A stretch of 64,000 bases of DNA from Lingula anatina (GCA_051362555.1 CM120642.1:27280001-27344000); one strand, 5' to 3'; positions 40,246 through 54,240 are shown, counted from the first letter of the stretch. The notes: a model not told the origin generated them from the sequence alone. Translations and numbers: made by a program.

Positions 40246-43200
40246 TTAATACACATTTTTTTCTTTCTTTGAACCACCTTCAGTGCAAAATCTTTCATAA
40301 CTAAGCGAAGACAAGTCTATAGTTTCATAACCATTTTCCAGAATCAGTTCTGAAACTGCAAGTCCAATTGGGATAGCATGTTGAACTCCATGGCCACTAG
40401 AACCATTAGCAAAAATCATTTGAGGGAACTCAGGGTGCTTGCCTATAATGAGATTCTGATCCACATAGTTGTAGTCATAGTAACCTGCCCAGGCATTCTT
40501 CACCTATGGACCAAAAGTAAAAATCAATATTTTTAGTCATATTATCAATTGTTGTTAGGTGAATGCTGGGTGAAGCACTGAAGGTGTTACAAAACTGCAA
40601 ATTTCTCACAGTATATTGCAGCTAAAAATTAATCTTTCCTTAAGTATGATAAATTTGAAAGAGGTTTGATGACTTATGTTTTTTAGAGCTTTTAAATTGT
40701 GGAAAGTAAAATGTATCTACCTTTATGTTCTCAAATGCAGGGACTCTGTTTGCAAGTATAGGCCACAGTTTTTGATTAAAAAATGAATAGTCCACTTCCA
40801 ATGTAGCAATATCAGGCTCTTCCTCCTGTAATAAAACACTATTATCATGAAATTTATACTAAATTAGCTCCTTAACTAAACCTGATTGATGTGAACCTGT
40901 CGCCATTTTGGGTGGAAAAAGTTAAACCCCCTTATGTTTTGTAGGAAATAAAACCCATTACTGTATACGGTAAAGTGCCATGAATTTCGAACGGCTCTTA
41001 AATTTCGAACGATCTTAAAATCGGCCGTCTGGAGTTTTTTCTGGACCATGAATTTCGGCCAGTCAGCAATTTGGCGCGATCTTGATTTCGTGAATTTCGT
41101 ACACCTTAAAATCGGCCACCGGGCTATTCTCGCGCTTGTAAAGATCTAACAGTCGGCAATGTTGCCCTAGCATACCTTTACCTGAGTACTACGTGTGCTG
41201 CCCAAGGTGCAAGATAACGATCAGTACAGTTAGTTTAGGACGCTAAACAACATCGTTATATCCATTCATTCAGATAACAGGAGAATCTATTAAGAGTTGT
41301 ACTGTCGGGCTGTTGTTTCTTTACCGCAGTATTCGGTGTGAGATAGCGATCGGTAGTTTTGCTGAGGCGCACAATAGCATTGTTAACGGTAGAGACTTCA
41401 GTAACAGAACAAAAGAGCAATATTAAGAGCTGCAATAAAGATTACCATTATTGCTTTCTTGTCTCGCTCAGATCGTTCACGATCTCCCGCTGACGATCTT
41501 CCGCTAATGAGGTCCCTTGAAATGTACAAATGAAATGAAAAATATTTTTAAAAATTATAAATTCCAATGGGGAGGGATAGAGGGTTAAAAACAATCGAGA
41601 ACGATCTCCGGCTGACGATCTGCCGCAAACGAAAGGCACTGAACGAGTATGAGCTTTCTCGTTTCACTCGGATTGCGACGCTGATGATACGAAAATTGCG
41701 TTCTCGTCTCGCCCTTTGGCTTACGAAGTCTCTTTAACAAATATGAAAATTGCCTCCTGGTCTCTCTCGGATTGCGAACGATCTCTCGCTGAAAATTTGA
41801 AATTTTCCTTTTTGTCAATCAGCTTTGTCAGTTGCCGTGCGTATGAAGGTCCGGAAGGTGTCCCCTTTCACAAATTGGCCTGTAGTTTGCTTAGTGTTTT
41901 GTACCGCATGAAGGTCACTCTTGTCACTGCTGCATACGGCGTGGAATGTGTATCTTAAGGTTCATAGAAACATTTTATTGTGTTTTGTAAGCTTTAGGAA
42001 GTAGTTTCGTCGTGACTGAATATCAGCGTACACTACACATCTGTGACGCATCATAAAAGCTAGGTACGTCAAATTACTCTAAGGTACGTCAAATTACTCT
42101 AAATTACTCTAAATTTCTTACAACGTCCACGGCTGTCCCGACAAGCCAAGACGTCATTAAAAAAAAGTCGCAAGCCGTCTAGCCGTCTTTGAAAATATAG
42201 GCCGTCCGGTGATGTCAGCGGCCGTCCAAATGACGGCTGGACGGTTCGCTGGGAAAAGCCTTGCTCATAAGGGTATATTTATTTAATTAGGGGCTTACTG
42301 ACATCACCCAGCTTACATGCGGGTGCATGCCTCCCAAAATTATATTAAAGGATAAAATTGTAATATATCTAAGTATAATTGTTTGTAAATTTTGTAAAAA
42401 TTGCCCATGCCACCCCGTTAGTTTGGAGGGTTAAGCTGGATCAAGTCCGTGTCAAAATTCTTTGAAACTTTGCAGGAAAAATCAATCTTCCTTTGTTTCT
42501 CTGGCTCCTTGTTTATCCCGATGATCAGATTTATCTAGTGCCCCCAGGTCTGCTGGAGCAGCTCTTTGAAATAATACATAGGTAGATTTTTATCTGAGAT
42601 AAATATCGCGTTCGATACACTCAAGACAAAAGCTACCTGTGAGCTGAAGGGCACTTTACCCTTTAATTAAGAGGTAAAGCAAGTTCCAGCTAGATAGACG
42701 ATTAAGATCGGACTTCAGATGGTAACTAGTATTGTTTACCTCAGTTCTGTGAAAGCTAACGAGAAGGGTGTCAGAACAATGGTGCATATATAAATTATAC
42801 AGAGAATTTGTACATTCGGGTGACATTAACTTATAATCGAAGGGGATTTTCGATAATATTCCTTGAAAAGTACACTAGATTTATAGAGAATAATATCATG
42901 GTTGGCCAAAAAATTTTATATACGCACAGTGTATCCGTGCGTATGCCTGGTTACGCCCCTGTCGCAAACCAGCAAACCATATCCTGCTGACTACATGAAA
43001 ATTGCCTTCTAGCATGGACAAAAAGTCCAAGCTTCTATGCTTGCTCGGATCGCTGACGATCTCTTGCTGACGAATATAGTAACGAAGTCCCTTGAACTAG
43101 TGTGGAAATTGGCTTATTATCGCGCTCAGATCGCTCACTATCTCCCATTGACGATCTTCCAGTCCCTTGAACGAATATAAAAACTGCCTTTTCGGTTTAC

Positions 43201-45953
43201 TCTAGCTTACCTATCTCTCGCGTTTGTTTGAAGATGACAAAACGTACACGCTTTTCAAATGCGTACATTGACGCAACTATGCGCCAGGAAATCAGTTGCT
43301 GCTGCTGGTTAAGATTGGGTTGCCTGAGCGAAAAAAAAACGGCCCTGCACCCCCCCCCCCCCCCCAAGCCTAGTATATTTGATCGCAGACAACAATCAGC
43401 GGTCATCTTGGTCGCAGCGCACGACGGAGAGAGACCGTAATACACAGTTCGGCTGCCGTGGCGAAGGCTACCTGTGCGCCGCACATACCGATCTGCGGTC
43501 GTAGTGGCCTCCCCGCACGGAGTAGAGGCCGTAGTGCCGAGGCCGGCTTCTGCAGGGAAGGCCACGTATGCGTCGGAGACACCGACCCGCGAACGGCGAG
43601 ATGAGGACGCATTCGCGCGTAAAGCTCCGCCCGACTTTAACGGTAAAGGCAACGAACCTGGTCGCGGAAGACACTTATCGCAGATGAAGGCTGCACGTGC
43701 GCCATAGACACTGATCGGCTGTCGTCTCCGTTTCAGTGCACGGAAAGGAGCAACGGTAACACTAAGCTTCCATAGTAAAGGTTATCTGGCCGTGGCAGAC
43801 GCTAATCGTCGGCCGTCTCTCCCTCCGTCCACTCCCGTTCTGAGCGCCAGGATCGTTTTTGAAAAACGACACTAGTTTCTGGCTGCCAGAATCGCTTTTG
43901 AAAAACGACACTACTGATAACGATGCTGTTTTGCGGCCCTAGACAAGAGTACCGCTCTATCTATGGGCCATACACAGTGATCGGGTGAAAGTACGTGTAT
44001 ACCTTTGGTCGCAATTACTGACACTCACACATCATACATTATGGTAACTCTAAATAGATCGTCGGGAGAAGATAACAGAAGGCCTAGCGACGAACAGACA
44101 ACTTCCGGTCAAAATTGACAGAATTCCATGAAATTCGAACTTTCAGGAGTTCTGAGCACCTCCTTTTCATGAATTTCGGCCAGAACGATCTTTTCCCAAA
44201 TTTAATTATTTTTTACTGTTCGAAATTCATGGCACATTACCGTAACTCTAATGTAATATGCTTTGTGAAATGCTTTGATAAAATAATACAATTAAGAAAA
44301 TTTACATATATTTTTCAACATTTTTCTAGTTATTATTTACCTCAAATATGCTACTGTTTTATAACTCAGAAAAAAAGAAACAAAAGCTTTGGGTTATCAC
44401 AGCTTTTTTTCTTTCTAAGCTTAGGCTGAGCCAATCAATAAAAACATTTTTCAAATGTTCACCTTTACAATAAAAATGTAAATTTGAACTGGCCGTTGTA
44501 TCATTATTTGAAACAATTGTAACATGACATTGGATATAATTGTATAATTCAAAATGATAGGTAAAATAATGTTTCATTTTCATTTAGTTTCTTTTGAAAG
44601 ATACAAAACTATACCCTGGTCCCGTTTCTTGTTTGAGCTAGAAGGCTGCAACAGAGCCTACCAAACCACCACCAATGAAAATCGCCGTCTTACCTCTGTA
44701 GGGGAACCTCCACATATATAATTTCCCCCAAGTCCCTCTCTCCTAAAGTAGACTCCCTTTGGGTCTACAAGCAGAGGACAGTCAACACCAGGCCCGTTGG
44801 GACAGTGGAAGACATACACGTAACGTTTTCTGAAAAATGGAATTTCACTCATGATCAGAACATCAGGACACATAAGAAGTAATGAAAAGGATGATTTCTA
44901 TTAGTAATTAATCAAAGCCTTCAAGTTTATAAAAAAGAACTGTTACCTATATGGCTTAAGCAATGGAAAAATCCTTATCTTATAATTGAAATCACAGGCA
45001 ACAGATCATCATTAACCATATTTTGTATTACGTTTTACTTCTGTCATTTTAGGTATAAACTGGTTTTAAGTAATGCAGTTCAAGTCTGTCTGCTGTTAAT
45101 CAAATCAATGCATTATATTACCTAAGAATTACTTAAGGCAGAATAATAATATTCCCTACAATACATCCAATTAATGATACAATACTTCACGGTACTTGTG
45201 TTACCAACTGAGAGTACCTTGGCTCCACTGGAAGAGGAAAACTACCCCCTAACATCTTATTGACTTCTCCTGCCCAGGGACCTGCTGCATTGACACAGTG
45301 AACAAACTGGATCTCTTTCACTTCACCATACATATTTTTCACCTGAATCGAATATATATATTTACAACTGTGCCCTGTGCATTAACTACATTATACAACA
45401 TAACACTGACAATTGGGGACACATGGGTATGATGTTGCCTTGCTTTCCTAATTCACTCTTTGCATCCGCACGATAGACATAACATTACAAGAAGGGCGGC
45501 TCCTCCCCCTCTCAATTTCATCTGACCCCCTCTTGGATCAGCCTCTGACAGTGGGGCATGTAACAGTTTAATATGTTAATGTTTTTGCAAAAAAAAAAAG
45601 TATAAAAATACAATCTCTACCACAACAGCACCTTTTAAATCACATGTTATTAATGCCAATATCTAGAACTACACTTCTAATGATATCTTTGTTTTTTATT
45701 GTGCAGTCATTATTTTTAACTTGTGCCAGTTAACATGTTATCACCATGACATGGTCTACACTCCCTGGCGATGTGTCAAATCCCACAACTTCTGCTTGGA
45801 CATATGCCACTCCCAGTGAACGGTTTCTCTTCCTTAAGGCATCCAACAAGAGCCAAGGATCAAACCAACCTTCATTTTCCAAACCTAGAAATTTTCATCA
45901 TTAAATGAGATTTAAAATCAAAGTCCTTAAAGCCCCTAGCTCCCCTGAAAGAT

Positions 45954-46009
<56 letters not shown>

Positions 46010-48770
46010 TGCTCTTTTCTCTCAGTCTTACATACAGAAACTCTGTACTGAGACATTACATTTAAATACAACCTGCATATATCTAGTCTCTGTATGAGAT
46101 AATGCAATTAACTTTTGAGGGTAACTGTATTAAATATTGCCTGCACATATTTAAGCTGCGACAAATTCACATGCTCATTAATAATAAGGCATATTTCTTC
46201 TGGATTTCAGTATGATCAAAGAAATGGCCACCCTGAGTTTCAAAGACTACTAGAAACTCACCTACATTATCAACATACCTCTGCAGTTTCCAGATACTAA
46301 AAATGTCAATGTAAGTTTACATATATCTGATATTCAGGGTGCAAATGGGACAAGTCTTACTGAAAACATATAACATAATTATAAGAAGTCTCCACTACAC
46401 TCACCAAATGATCCAAGAAACAGGTCATCTGTTTTTAACCATGGAAATTTCTCTTTCATAAGTGATGGGGCCATTAGCTTTACCTTAGCACCGCATGATC
46501 TAAATATAACAAGAATTATATCAGGTTGTAACTATACATATATGTTGTTCAATATAAATTGATTCATTAGATTTAATGCAAAGTTAATTATGACATGTTG
46601 TTATCAAAACTAAGGGAATTGACCTTTAATTCTCATGTACATACAGTACAATGTTAATTGACCTGTTATCTATAGGTACAGTGAAAATAATGAGACAAAG
46701 CAGGACAGATCCAGGATTTTAAGGGGGCTTTCACTGCCTACTGGACATGCTGTCATTCAGAAAAAACAGCAGGTATGCTTCATAAAATATTGCAAAAGAA
46801 AGAATGTTGCTCTCACAAATTTCACTATAAATAAACAAATCTAACCATGTACATGTAGTTCTAAATGAGAAGATTTGTTTTTGTAAGGGCATTCTGCTGC
46901 AGCATCGATTTGAAATAGGCCTATAATGTACTCCAGTATATAGTACTGGGTTAATTACATTTAATCCTCCTCTGTTTTGAACTTTCCCATTAATTGCTGA
47001 AATCAATTTGAATCTGTGTTTCCTACGAGAAGGAATGGGGGGGGGGCACACTCAGTTAACAATTTAATTCTCACATCTGCGTTTTATTTGCTTCTTCTAG
47101 TGATACCGCAGCTTTCTGATCTGCAGCTAGGATAAGGTAACCATTTTGATTGAACTGCAAATCGGGAGGATCTTGATCAGAGTCTGAAATGTAAATCAAT
47201 CACACAATTATACTGTAATTTAATAACAAGGTTAAGTTTTCAAAATGCTGGATAAATTCATAACATACATGTAACTGAGTTCTTTGATATAAGTGCAGTC
47301 ATGCTTGTACATTTTAAAACTTTTTATTTGTAAATCTATGTACCTGGATGCATGAACTTGCATCAGTCAATCATACTGATACTGATTAGCCTACCGATAT
47401 TTACTATTACTTTTAAAAACTCAATCTCAAATTCATGACATCTAGTAAAGATGTTTAATACTGTACATGTATATAAAGCATTTGGTTAAACTACCCCACG
47501 TAGACAGCATCCATAACATGAAGATGTTATTGCGGATAAATTTTATCAATTCATCTTTTCTTGGAGATCATAATTTGCCTGTTCTGTAGAGTCTTCTTAC
47601 ATGCCTAAATCCTGAAAAAATTACACATTTTGAAAGACCTTACCATACACACACAAGTGCTCCTTAATGTTTTCAAAGAAATCCGCACTGAACAGTGACA
47701 TAAGAATATTCTCCTCAGATGAAAACTGTTGACGTATACCTCCCACTGAAAGTGTGGATGATGCACGAGTATACTGGAAAAGGAAACAAAGTACTATAAT
47801 AAATATAAACAGCACTCCACTGACACAACCTGGGTTTTGCCAATTTAAAGGGCAGGGGTAAAAGCACAAGGATAAAAATACTCAGTATTTACTCAACTGC
47901 TTAACTCAACAAATATAAATTAAAAGAAAATATTTAAAGTATTAATTCATCATACATATACTAGTATTATCATTACTATTGTAGACAACTAAGGAATTTT
48001 TTTTTAAACACTACACCAATATGTACGGTACATGTACTCAGTACAATGTATGTAAATACTGTTCTAGTAAATCTCAATAGAATTGACCATAAAAGGACAA
48101 ACCTGTAAATCCCTTTCTAATACTGTCACTGATATCTCTCCTGGTCCTGTTTTTTGTTTGAGCCAGAAAGCTGCGGCAGAGCCTACCAAACCACCACCTA
48201 TGATCACGACATCTGCTTGTCTGGGAATCTCACATTCACTTGCACGTCCACGCTTGACAATATTGTCGATTTTGTCAATGATTGTGCCGAATTGTCTCGA
48301 AATATTGGTGCATTTTGCAGCTGAGAATAGTGAGTGCCTGCATCCCCGCAGGGCAAATGTTGTCACCTTGCTGAGTGATGGTGGCATTCTGAATATTCCC
48401 CTTACCTAGAACCAACGTACAGATGTATCAACAGTCCTAGCGTGCCATCACCGTAAATTAGGTCAAATAATCTCTGCTATCGCATTTCACATCTATCACA
48501 ATCTGATATCACATACCACAGTTGTCATGAAGTATCTCATGACTGAGAAGGGGTGGGGTGGGGGGGGGGGGGGCGTTACAGACTGGGGAAGATCTCTTTC
48601 ACAGTCTGAAAATTGGTGTTAAAATATGATCTACTCTCGCAAAAAATAAAGAATATATAAATAGCTATAGAAAGATATTATTGGATAGACAAGTAAATTG
48701 ATAATGGAATGTACATGTGGTTATTGATTTTTTTTATTTAAAGTTTTTGACTGTTGAATGCCAGAGTCTC

Positions 48771-48823
<53 letters not shown>

Positions 48824-49401
48824 GCATGAAATGTGGCCTAAGCTCACAGCATAGGCAATAACTGGGTTAATTAGCTCTGTGAATGAAAGTCCTAGAAACT
48901 GAATCAGGAACTGCGTTTAGGAGTAAACAACAAATTTTTATGTCCTGAAAATTTGACAATTGATTGTGAAAAACAGCTTTTTCAAATTAAGGTGTAACAT
49001 CACGTTTTGTTTGTAGTTCAAGTGAGCAATATTGCAATCTTCAACAAAAAGAAAACGTAAAAGTGCACATGAAACGTGATCAAGTGTCAAAATACAGAGG
49101 TTTCAAACTTACTCGGGAGAGGCAAAGAAAAAATATAACATAAATTTATATACAATTAAGAATTAGTTTTTGGTTTCCAATTAAATACACAGAACTTGAA
49201 CGTGATACATAACGATTTGGGCATATTTCTTTTTATTGCAAAATAATAAGACCATTGATTTATTTCTGTATTGATTGAGTTTTATCATTTTTATGACCTC
49301 TCCCTAAAAAGTCGGTGACCTAGTTTGGGTCGCCATGCATGGCGAATTGACAGGTCTCTGAAATTAGGTCAGGGTTACCGACTTACTTCTGACTCAGACA
49401 T
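40246..49401 (-). CDS. FOXRED1: FAD-dependent oxidoreductase domain-containing protein 1 (mitochondrial complex I assembly factor)
   Basis: Exons: 49387-49401 (putative MSESE, in frame; otherwise start at ATG 48387), 48103-48405 ([20 protein letters not shown]...VLERD), 47644-47773 ([28 protein letters not shown]), 47075-47183 ([13 protein letters not shown]), 46405-46499, 45745-45884 ([11 protein letters not shown]), 45218-45342 (VNAAGPWAG...LPVEPR), 44694-44829 ([14 protein letters not shown]...[13 protein letters not shown]), 40721-40825, 40246-40503 ([14 protein letters not shown]...[10 protein letters not shown]). Confidence 0.93.
40968..44242. mobile_element. 3.3 kb non-autonomous composite DNA transposon (TA TSD, Tc1/mariner-pogo-type ends) in a FOXRED1 intron
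   Basis: TA|CGGTAAAGTGCCATGAATTTCGAAC...GTTCGAAATTCATGGCACATTACCG|TA: 25-bp TIRs with one mismatch. Subterminal AATTTCG(AAC/GCC) repeats occur at both ends. The interior is CpG-rich and has no transposase ORF. Confidence 0.85.
45956..46007. repeat. (AC)n microsatellite
   Basis: Direct reading. Confidence 0.95.
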
Positions 49402-49460
49402 AAATAACAACAGATAACATTACCAATATTATCAAACAACCGTTGTATTAATTATCGGAT

Positions 49461-49481
49461 ATGCATCTCGTGATGGAAATG
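49461..49481 (+). CDS. Candidate alternative first coding exon of the ankyrin gene (MHLVMEM)
   Basis: ATG CAT CTC GTG ATG GAA ATG|GTGAGT: a strong phase-0 donor compatible with the 61645 acceptor, located in the CpG-enriched FOXRED1 promoter zone. Confidence 0.4.
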
Positions 49482-51892
49482 GTGAGTTAATTTACGATAA
49501 TTCTTTCAATATCATATGGACCCCGTAAATGCGTTTATTTACTGACTTTATATTTTCTGCCGGCATTCGGCAAAGCAGCGGCTGCCTCAGTTTTCGGCCT
49601 TACGGAGTGCATGGGTATGTAGGGCTGAAAACTGAGGCAATGCTAGCTACTGGCACATGTACTCGTACTACACAGTGTAGTACATGTAGTACCAGTAAGT
49701 ACACGCAAGCGACCAACATTTGATTTCACTAGTACGTGCATTAATTGGCGTTGATTAACTTTGTACTCCAGTGCAGCTCGTGCCATTAACGTGTACATTC
49801 AACGTTAATAATTGTATTTCGAAGTATATGTGCAGTATAAATGTGTAGTCGTTTTGCCCTGCTTGGAATCGGCCAGATATGCAGAACAAAAGCACATGTA
49901 CAGCACATGTACTGTTGTCTCATAGTACATGTATGTACATGTACATGTATACTCATATGTGTATTTATACCATCTTCCCTTTAGTCAAGTTATCCTTTGA
50001 ATATGAATATATCTATAAAATTACGCAGGGTGATGCAGTTGTAACATGCAAGTAAAGTACATGTATGATGATGTATTTGATTATGAAATTACTATACCCC
50101 ATTGAGCCCTGCTCAAATATGCATGCAATTTTTTGGGAGAAAAAAAGCAATTTTACCTGCTTGAGAATCATTAGGAAATAAGACCAGTATGTTAAGCTAG
50201 ATTGCCATGTGGTCTTCTGTACATTTTAGTTATTTCGTTATTTTAACATGCAGTCACAGATGTCAAGCTCATTCATGCCCATGAATATACATATAGCAGA
50301 TTCAATAAAACCTAATGCACTTTAGTAGTAAAAAAAATTGGACAAATATTCAGCTTGAACTTGCTAGGCTGCTACATGTACAACAGTCTGATATGACGTG
50401 TTCCATATTCTCTGTTCCTGCTTCTGAGGTTGTCTATGATTGTATTCAAAATTGGTGATGCTGCTGCATAAGACACGATAAGACCTGTAAAGTACTTTGA
50501 ATCTCAATTGTGTGACTGACATTTAACCCCAAAATCCTTGAAAAACAGGGATTTTATGCATAATTGGAATATTTTGATAAGGTTATTTGTGATCTGTATT
50601 ATTGCAATCTGCATTCTGGTATTTAGGCTGGCATTTATGTATATCTGAAAAAATAATGGTACATTGTATGTAACTATTTTTTAGATAAAAATGTTCTGTG
50701 TGACCTGTATAAAGAAAATTCTTTTCAAATACTTGATTGTCTAGGTATCATAATCTTCCTGATCATACAAAAATTTTAACTGCAGACTTATCAGTTTTGG
50801 TGATATTGCACCAAACTTGCTAATGAAACATGCACTATCAATTTTATTTTTAATTTCCTTATTGTTTTGGTAAATATATTATTTTAAGTTAGTGGAAATG
50901 AAAGAGGAGTGCTTGTGTTTTAATTCAGACAGAGTGTTTGTAATTGATCTTGATATGGTGTGAAGGATGAAAACCACCACCCTCACAATATTTGGTGTGT
51001 CCAGTTTGACTAAGTACATGCAACGCCAATACAATTTTCTGGAAGGTTAAATAACAACAGCAAAGGTCATAAATAAGAACAGGATATTGATCCATTTACC
51101 CAAACTTCCCTTTTACTTGAACATTTATTCCAAAAATAACTCTTTCCTTGTGTGCTTTTAAGAAATATTGGATTTTTTTTGTTTTTAATTATTGATTTTT
51201 TTTTTTTATTAATTTCTAATAAAAGTGTATGGTTGTTGCCAGATTTGTTTACACGTGTTAAACTGTTTTTAATTTGTTCCCCCTTGAGGGCCTCAGAAAT
51301 GTTCACAAAAGACGTCAAAGTGTATCTAATAGAATTTATAGGTTATCAAGGCTAAATGGGATGGGCTTTCCCAATAGTATAAATGCTGGAACAATTTCCA
51401 GAGCACAGAAGAGCATACAATACAGACTTGCATCTAAGAGAAGTCTTACGTGAACATTATTGATTAATACCTGCTATTATTTTGCTTGCACACTGAACAT
51501 TCTTTTCGTCATTTGAATTGCTCGCTGCTTACATGTAGGATTAGCTCCCATTGTAACAAAGGTTTATCAGCAGACTTCGATAACAGTTTTGCAGAGAAAC
51601 AAGAGAACTTTTTTTAGACAACAAAGAAGGAATAAATTATTGGGATAATGTGTGCAACTGTTGCAAGAGCCAGAAGAAGAAAACTGGTGTTTATTGGCAA
51701 GGTTGTATATTTTGTATCATTGTTTTCTTATTAAAGTGGATGTAGGTACAATATTTGGGATTGAATGATTTGATTACACATAAAGTAAAATAATCTATTC
51801 TTGATTTTCCATAATTTCTGACTGCATTAAAAGAATACGGAGGTAAATTTTTTAAGCGAATTAAAGTAAGTTCTGTTTATGATCAACATTAA

Positions 51893-52114
51893 GAGTGCAT
51901 TCCCAGAGATTTAGATCAATCCATCCGGAACGACTTAACTCCCTGGGGTTTCACGCTAAATTGCTGTCAGCCTGTGCGCATGACAGTTAATTACCCCCCC
52001 CCCCCCCCTACAGCTTTTAGTAGGCGCGACAGACATTTAAGACGGCTAAGCTGACAGTAATCTAGTGAGACTCCCCACGGGGATAGATCGATCTAAAACT
52101 GTGGGAATGGGGTC
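51893..52114. mobile_element. PIF/Harbinger-type MITE, copy F
   Basis: TAA|GAGTGCATTCCCAGAG...TGGGAATGGGGTC|TAA. Confidence 0.85.
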
Positions 52115-53616
52115 TAAGAAAACTGTTTAGTCTAAAACATACACTGCAATTGCTATTGATCTAAGACAATATAATCATGAAATAATGTGACTAAAAACTT
52201 GATTCTGGTGCAGGGAAAAGAAACATCTTCAGATGTGTAATATTTCTATGAACCAAGAGTGAGGAAGAGCCTCCCAACAAGTGGATGATTTTGATAGGCA
52301 AAATGATAATTGCAAGTTTTGTCATGCAAAGTATAGCTAGATAGGCTAACAATTAGTCTTGGTGTTGATCGATTGACAGATGCTCGTGTTTAGTAAACCC
52401 TTTACTGAAGGAGACTGTCTGGCTTTCTTTATCATGTTATCTAGCTGTCATTCAAAATACATTTACTTACTATTTGGACTATCTGAATGCTGCCCTGATT
52501 CTGAAAAGCCTTTTATTGTTTCCGTGACATTGCCATGACATATTATAGATCATGTGATTTCATGCTCATACTGTCACATCCTGAAAAGCCTGTCATCTAT
52601 GAAGGCTAGGAAGTCATGCATGACAGCTCCGCTCAATGGTAAAATAAGACAATCAATTTTGTTTGCGCTTGAAAAAAAGAGGAAGTTGCCTTATGAATGA
52701 ATGATTGATTATAAATGAATGAAAAGATAAAGTTGACATTGGGCACTGAAGAAAATGTGAAAAAAAAAATGCCATAAAATGTGGTGAGGGGGCATTAATG
52801 CACTTATTTAACTTATGATAGTTTGCTTCTTTTTAATTTACATTTATAATTATTTTCATTATTAATCTTTATTATTGTTATATTTTTTCTCTTTGAGTTG
52901 ACATAAAGTGCAATGTGATAAGTTGTGCCTTGACTGGAATATTTTGCCTTTGTTGCTAATTGTTACACTGTTGAAGATGCAATGTGAAGTGCTCCAAGGT
53001 GTACTTGCACTAGCTGTTCTTGATTATAATTTTGATGAACATACCTGTTGTCTTTAATTGTGTTAAATACACAGGTCATATTCCCGTGCTGCATTTTTAA
53101 GCCAAATGGAGTTTATAAAGAAAGATAGATTGAATAACAATGTGATGAAAGTGCCATCAGAAAGTTTTTGTTGATAAATGCAGCTTATTGCAGCTTTTAT
53201 ATGGAGTACATTTTTATATTTTGTAGAGAATGAATGTGATTAAATTACATTTTAGGACAATTACATTTTTGTACAATTTGTAGGGAAGTTGTAAAATACT
53301 CTAGGAAAACAGATGAAAAATCATAAGAAAAATACTTAAAGAAATAAAAGGTTCTAATATTTGGTTAAAATAGCTTTAGATTTTCTATTGAATAAAAAGA
53401 TCACTAGTCTGTACAATGACTTCTTTTGTCCACATTGTTCTTCTGCATTCTACGTAATCTCCTTATGTCTTTATTTTCATACTGGTACATGTACATTCTG
53501 TCCTTTTATTTGTTTTCTCATAATATCCACTTTTAGGTGATAAAAAAGATTAAAATACATGTACAGTTGTATATATATCTTTCTTTGTGTACATTTTGTA
53601 GTTCATAACATGTATC

Positions 53617-53792
53617 ACTGGGGTAGCGCTAGCAATTTTTTTTAGCTTAGCCAAATCATCACTTTTTTGTCAATTTGTTATGAAAATGGTTTTAATTTGA
53701 CTAAAATTTGTTAAATTAAGTCCTTTTTGTTTAGCCAATTTAAGCCAGTTTTAGCATTTGGCTAAATTGGCGAGTGCTAGCGCAATCCCAGT
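53617..53792. mobile_element. Short MITE
   Basis: ATC|ACTGGGGTAGCGCTAGCA...TGCTAGCGCAATCCCAGT|ATC: 18-bp imperfect TIRs, an apparent 3-bp duplication, and internal TTAGCCAA repeats. Confidence 0.6.
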
Positions 53793-53912
53793 ATCAGTTT
53801 TATTGATACTGCACTCTTTTTTGAAAGTTTTCTATTCTGCTGATCTTTTTGTCCATCTCCCTACCTAGATTCTTTTATATATCGGACAATAACACTCTAC
53901 TTGAAGCCCCAC

Positions 53913-53917
<5 letters not shown>

Positions 53918-53957
<40 letters not shown>
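53918..53957. repeat. (AT)n microsatellite
   Basis: Direct reading. Confidence 0.9.
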
Positions 53958-53959
<2 letters not shown>

Positions 53960-54240
53960 AAGGCTCCCTTTCTTTCACACCAGTAGACCTGGCTGTGGAG
54001 ATTAGCATTGGTGGAACTCTATAACCTTAACACAGTTTTGGCAGTGAAAACACGGGCTGGGTGTGTGTTTATAGCGTGACAGCAGACTTGTGTTCATCAG
54101 TCAGTTGTGCAGAGCTGAGGGAGTTAGCAGTGCGAGAGGTGTGCTTTAGGGTCAGGAGGCAGGCATACGCGATCTACCAGGAGAGTATACTCAATGTGGA
54201 TGTTTTTGTTTTTTGGGATTAAAAAAGCAATAGTTTTACA

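Noticed and set aside
41460-43170. Dispersed GACGATCT repeats resembling a repeat-spacer array
   Set aside because: The repeats are degenerate, irregularly spaced and in eukaryotic transposon DNA with no cas genes. This is a minisatellite, not CRISPR.
43197-43707. Overlapping GC-rich ORFs (151, 70, 69, 68, 77 aa)
   Set aside because: They lie inside a transposon interior. High GC suppresses stops in several frames at once, and there are no recognisable domains or splice structure.
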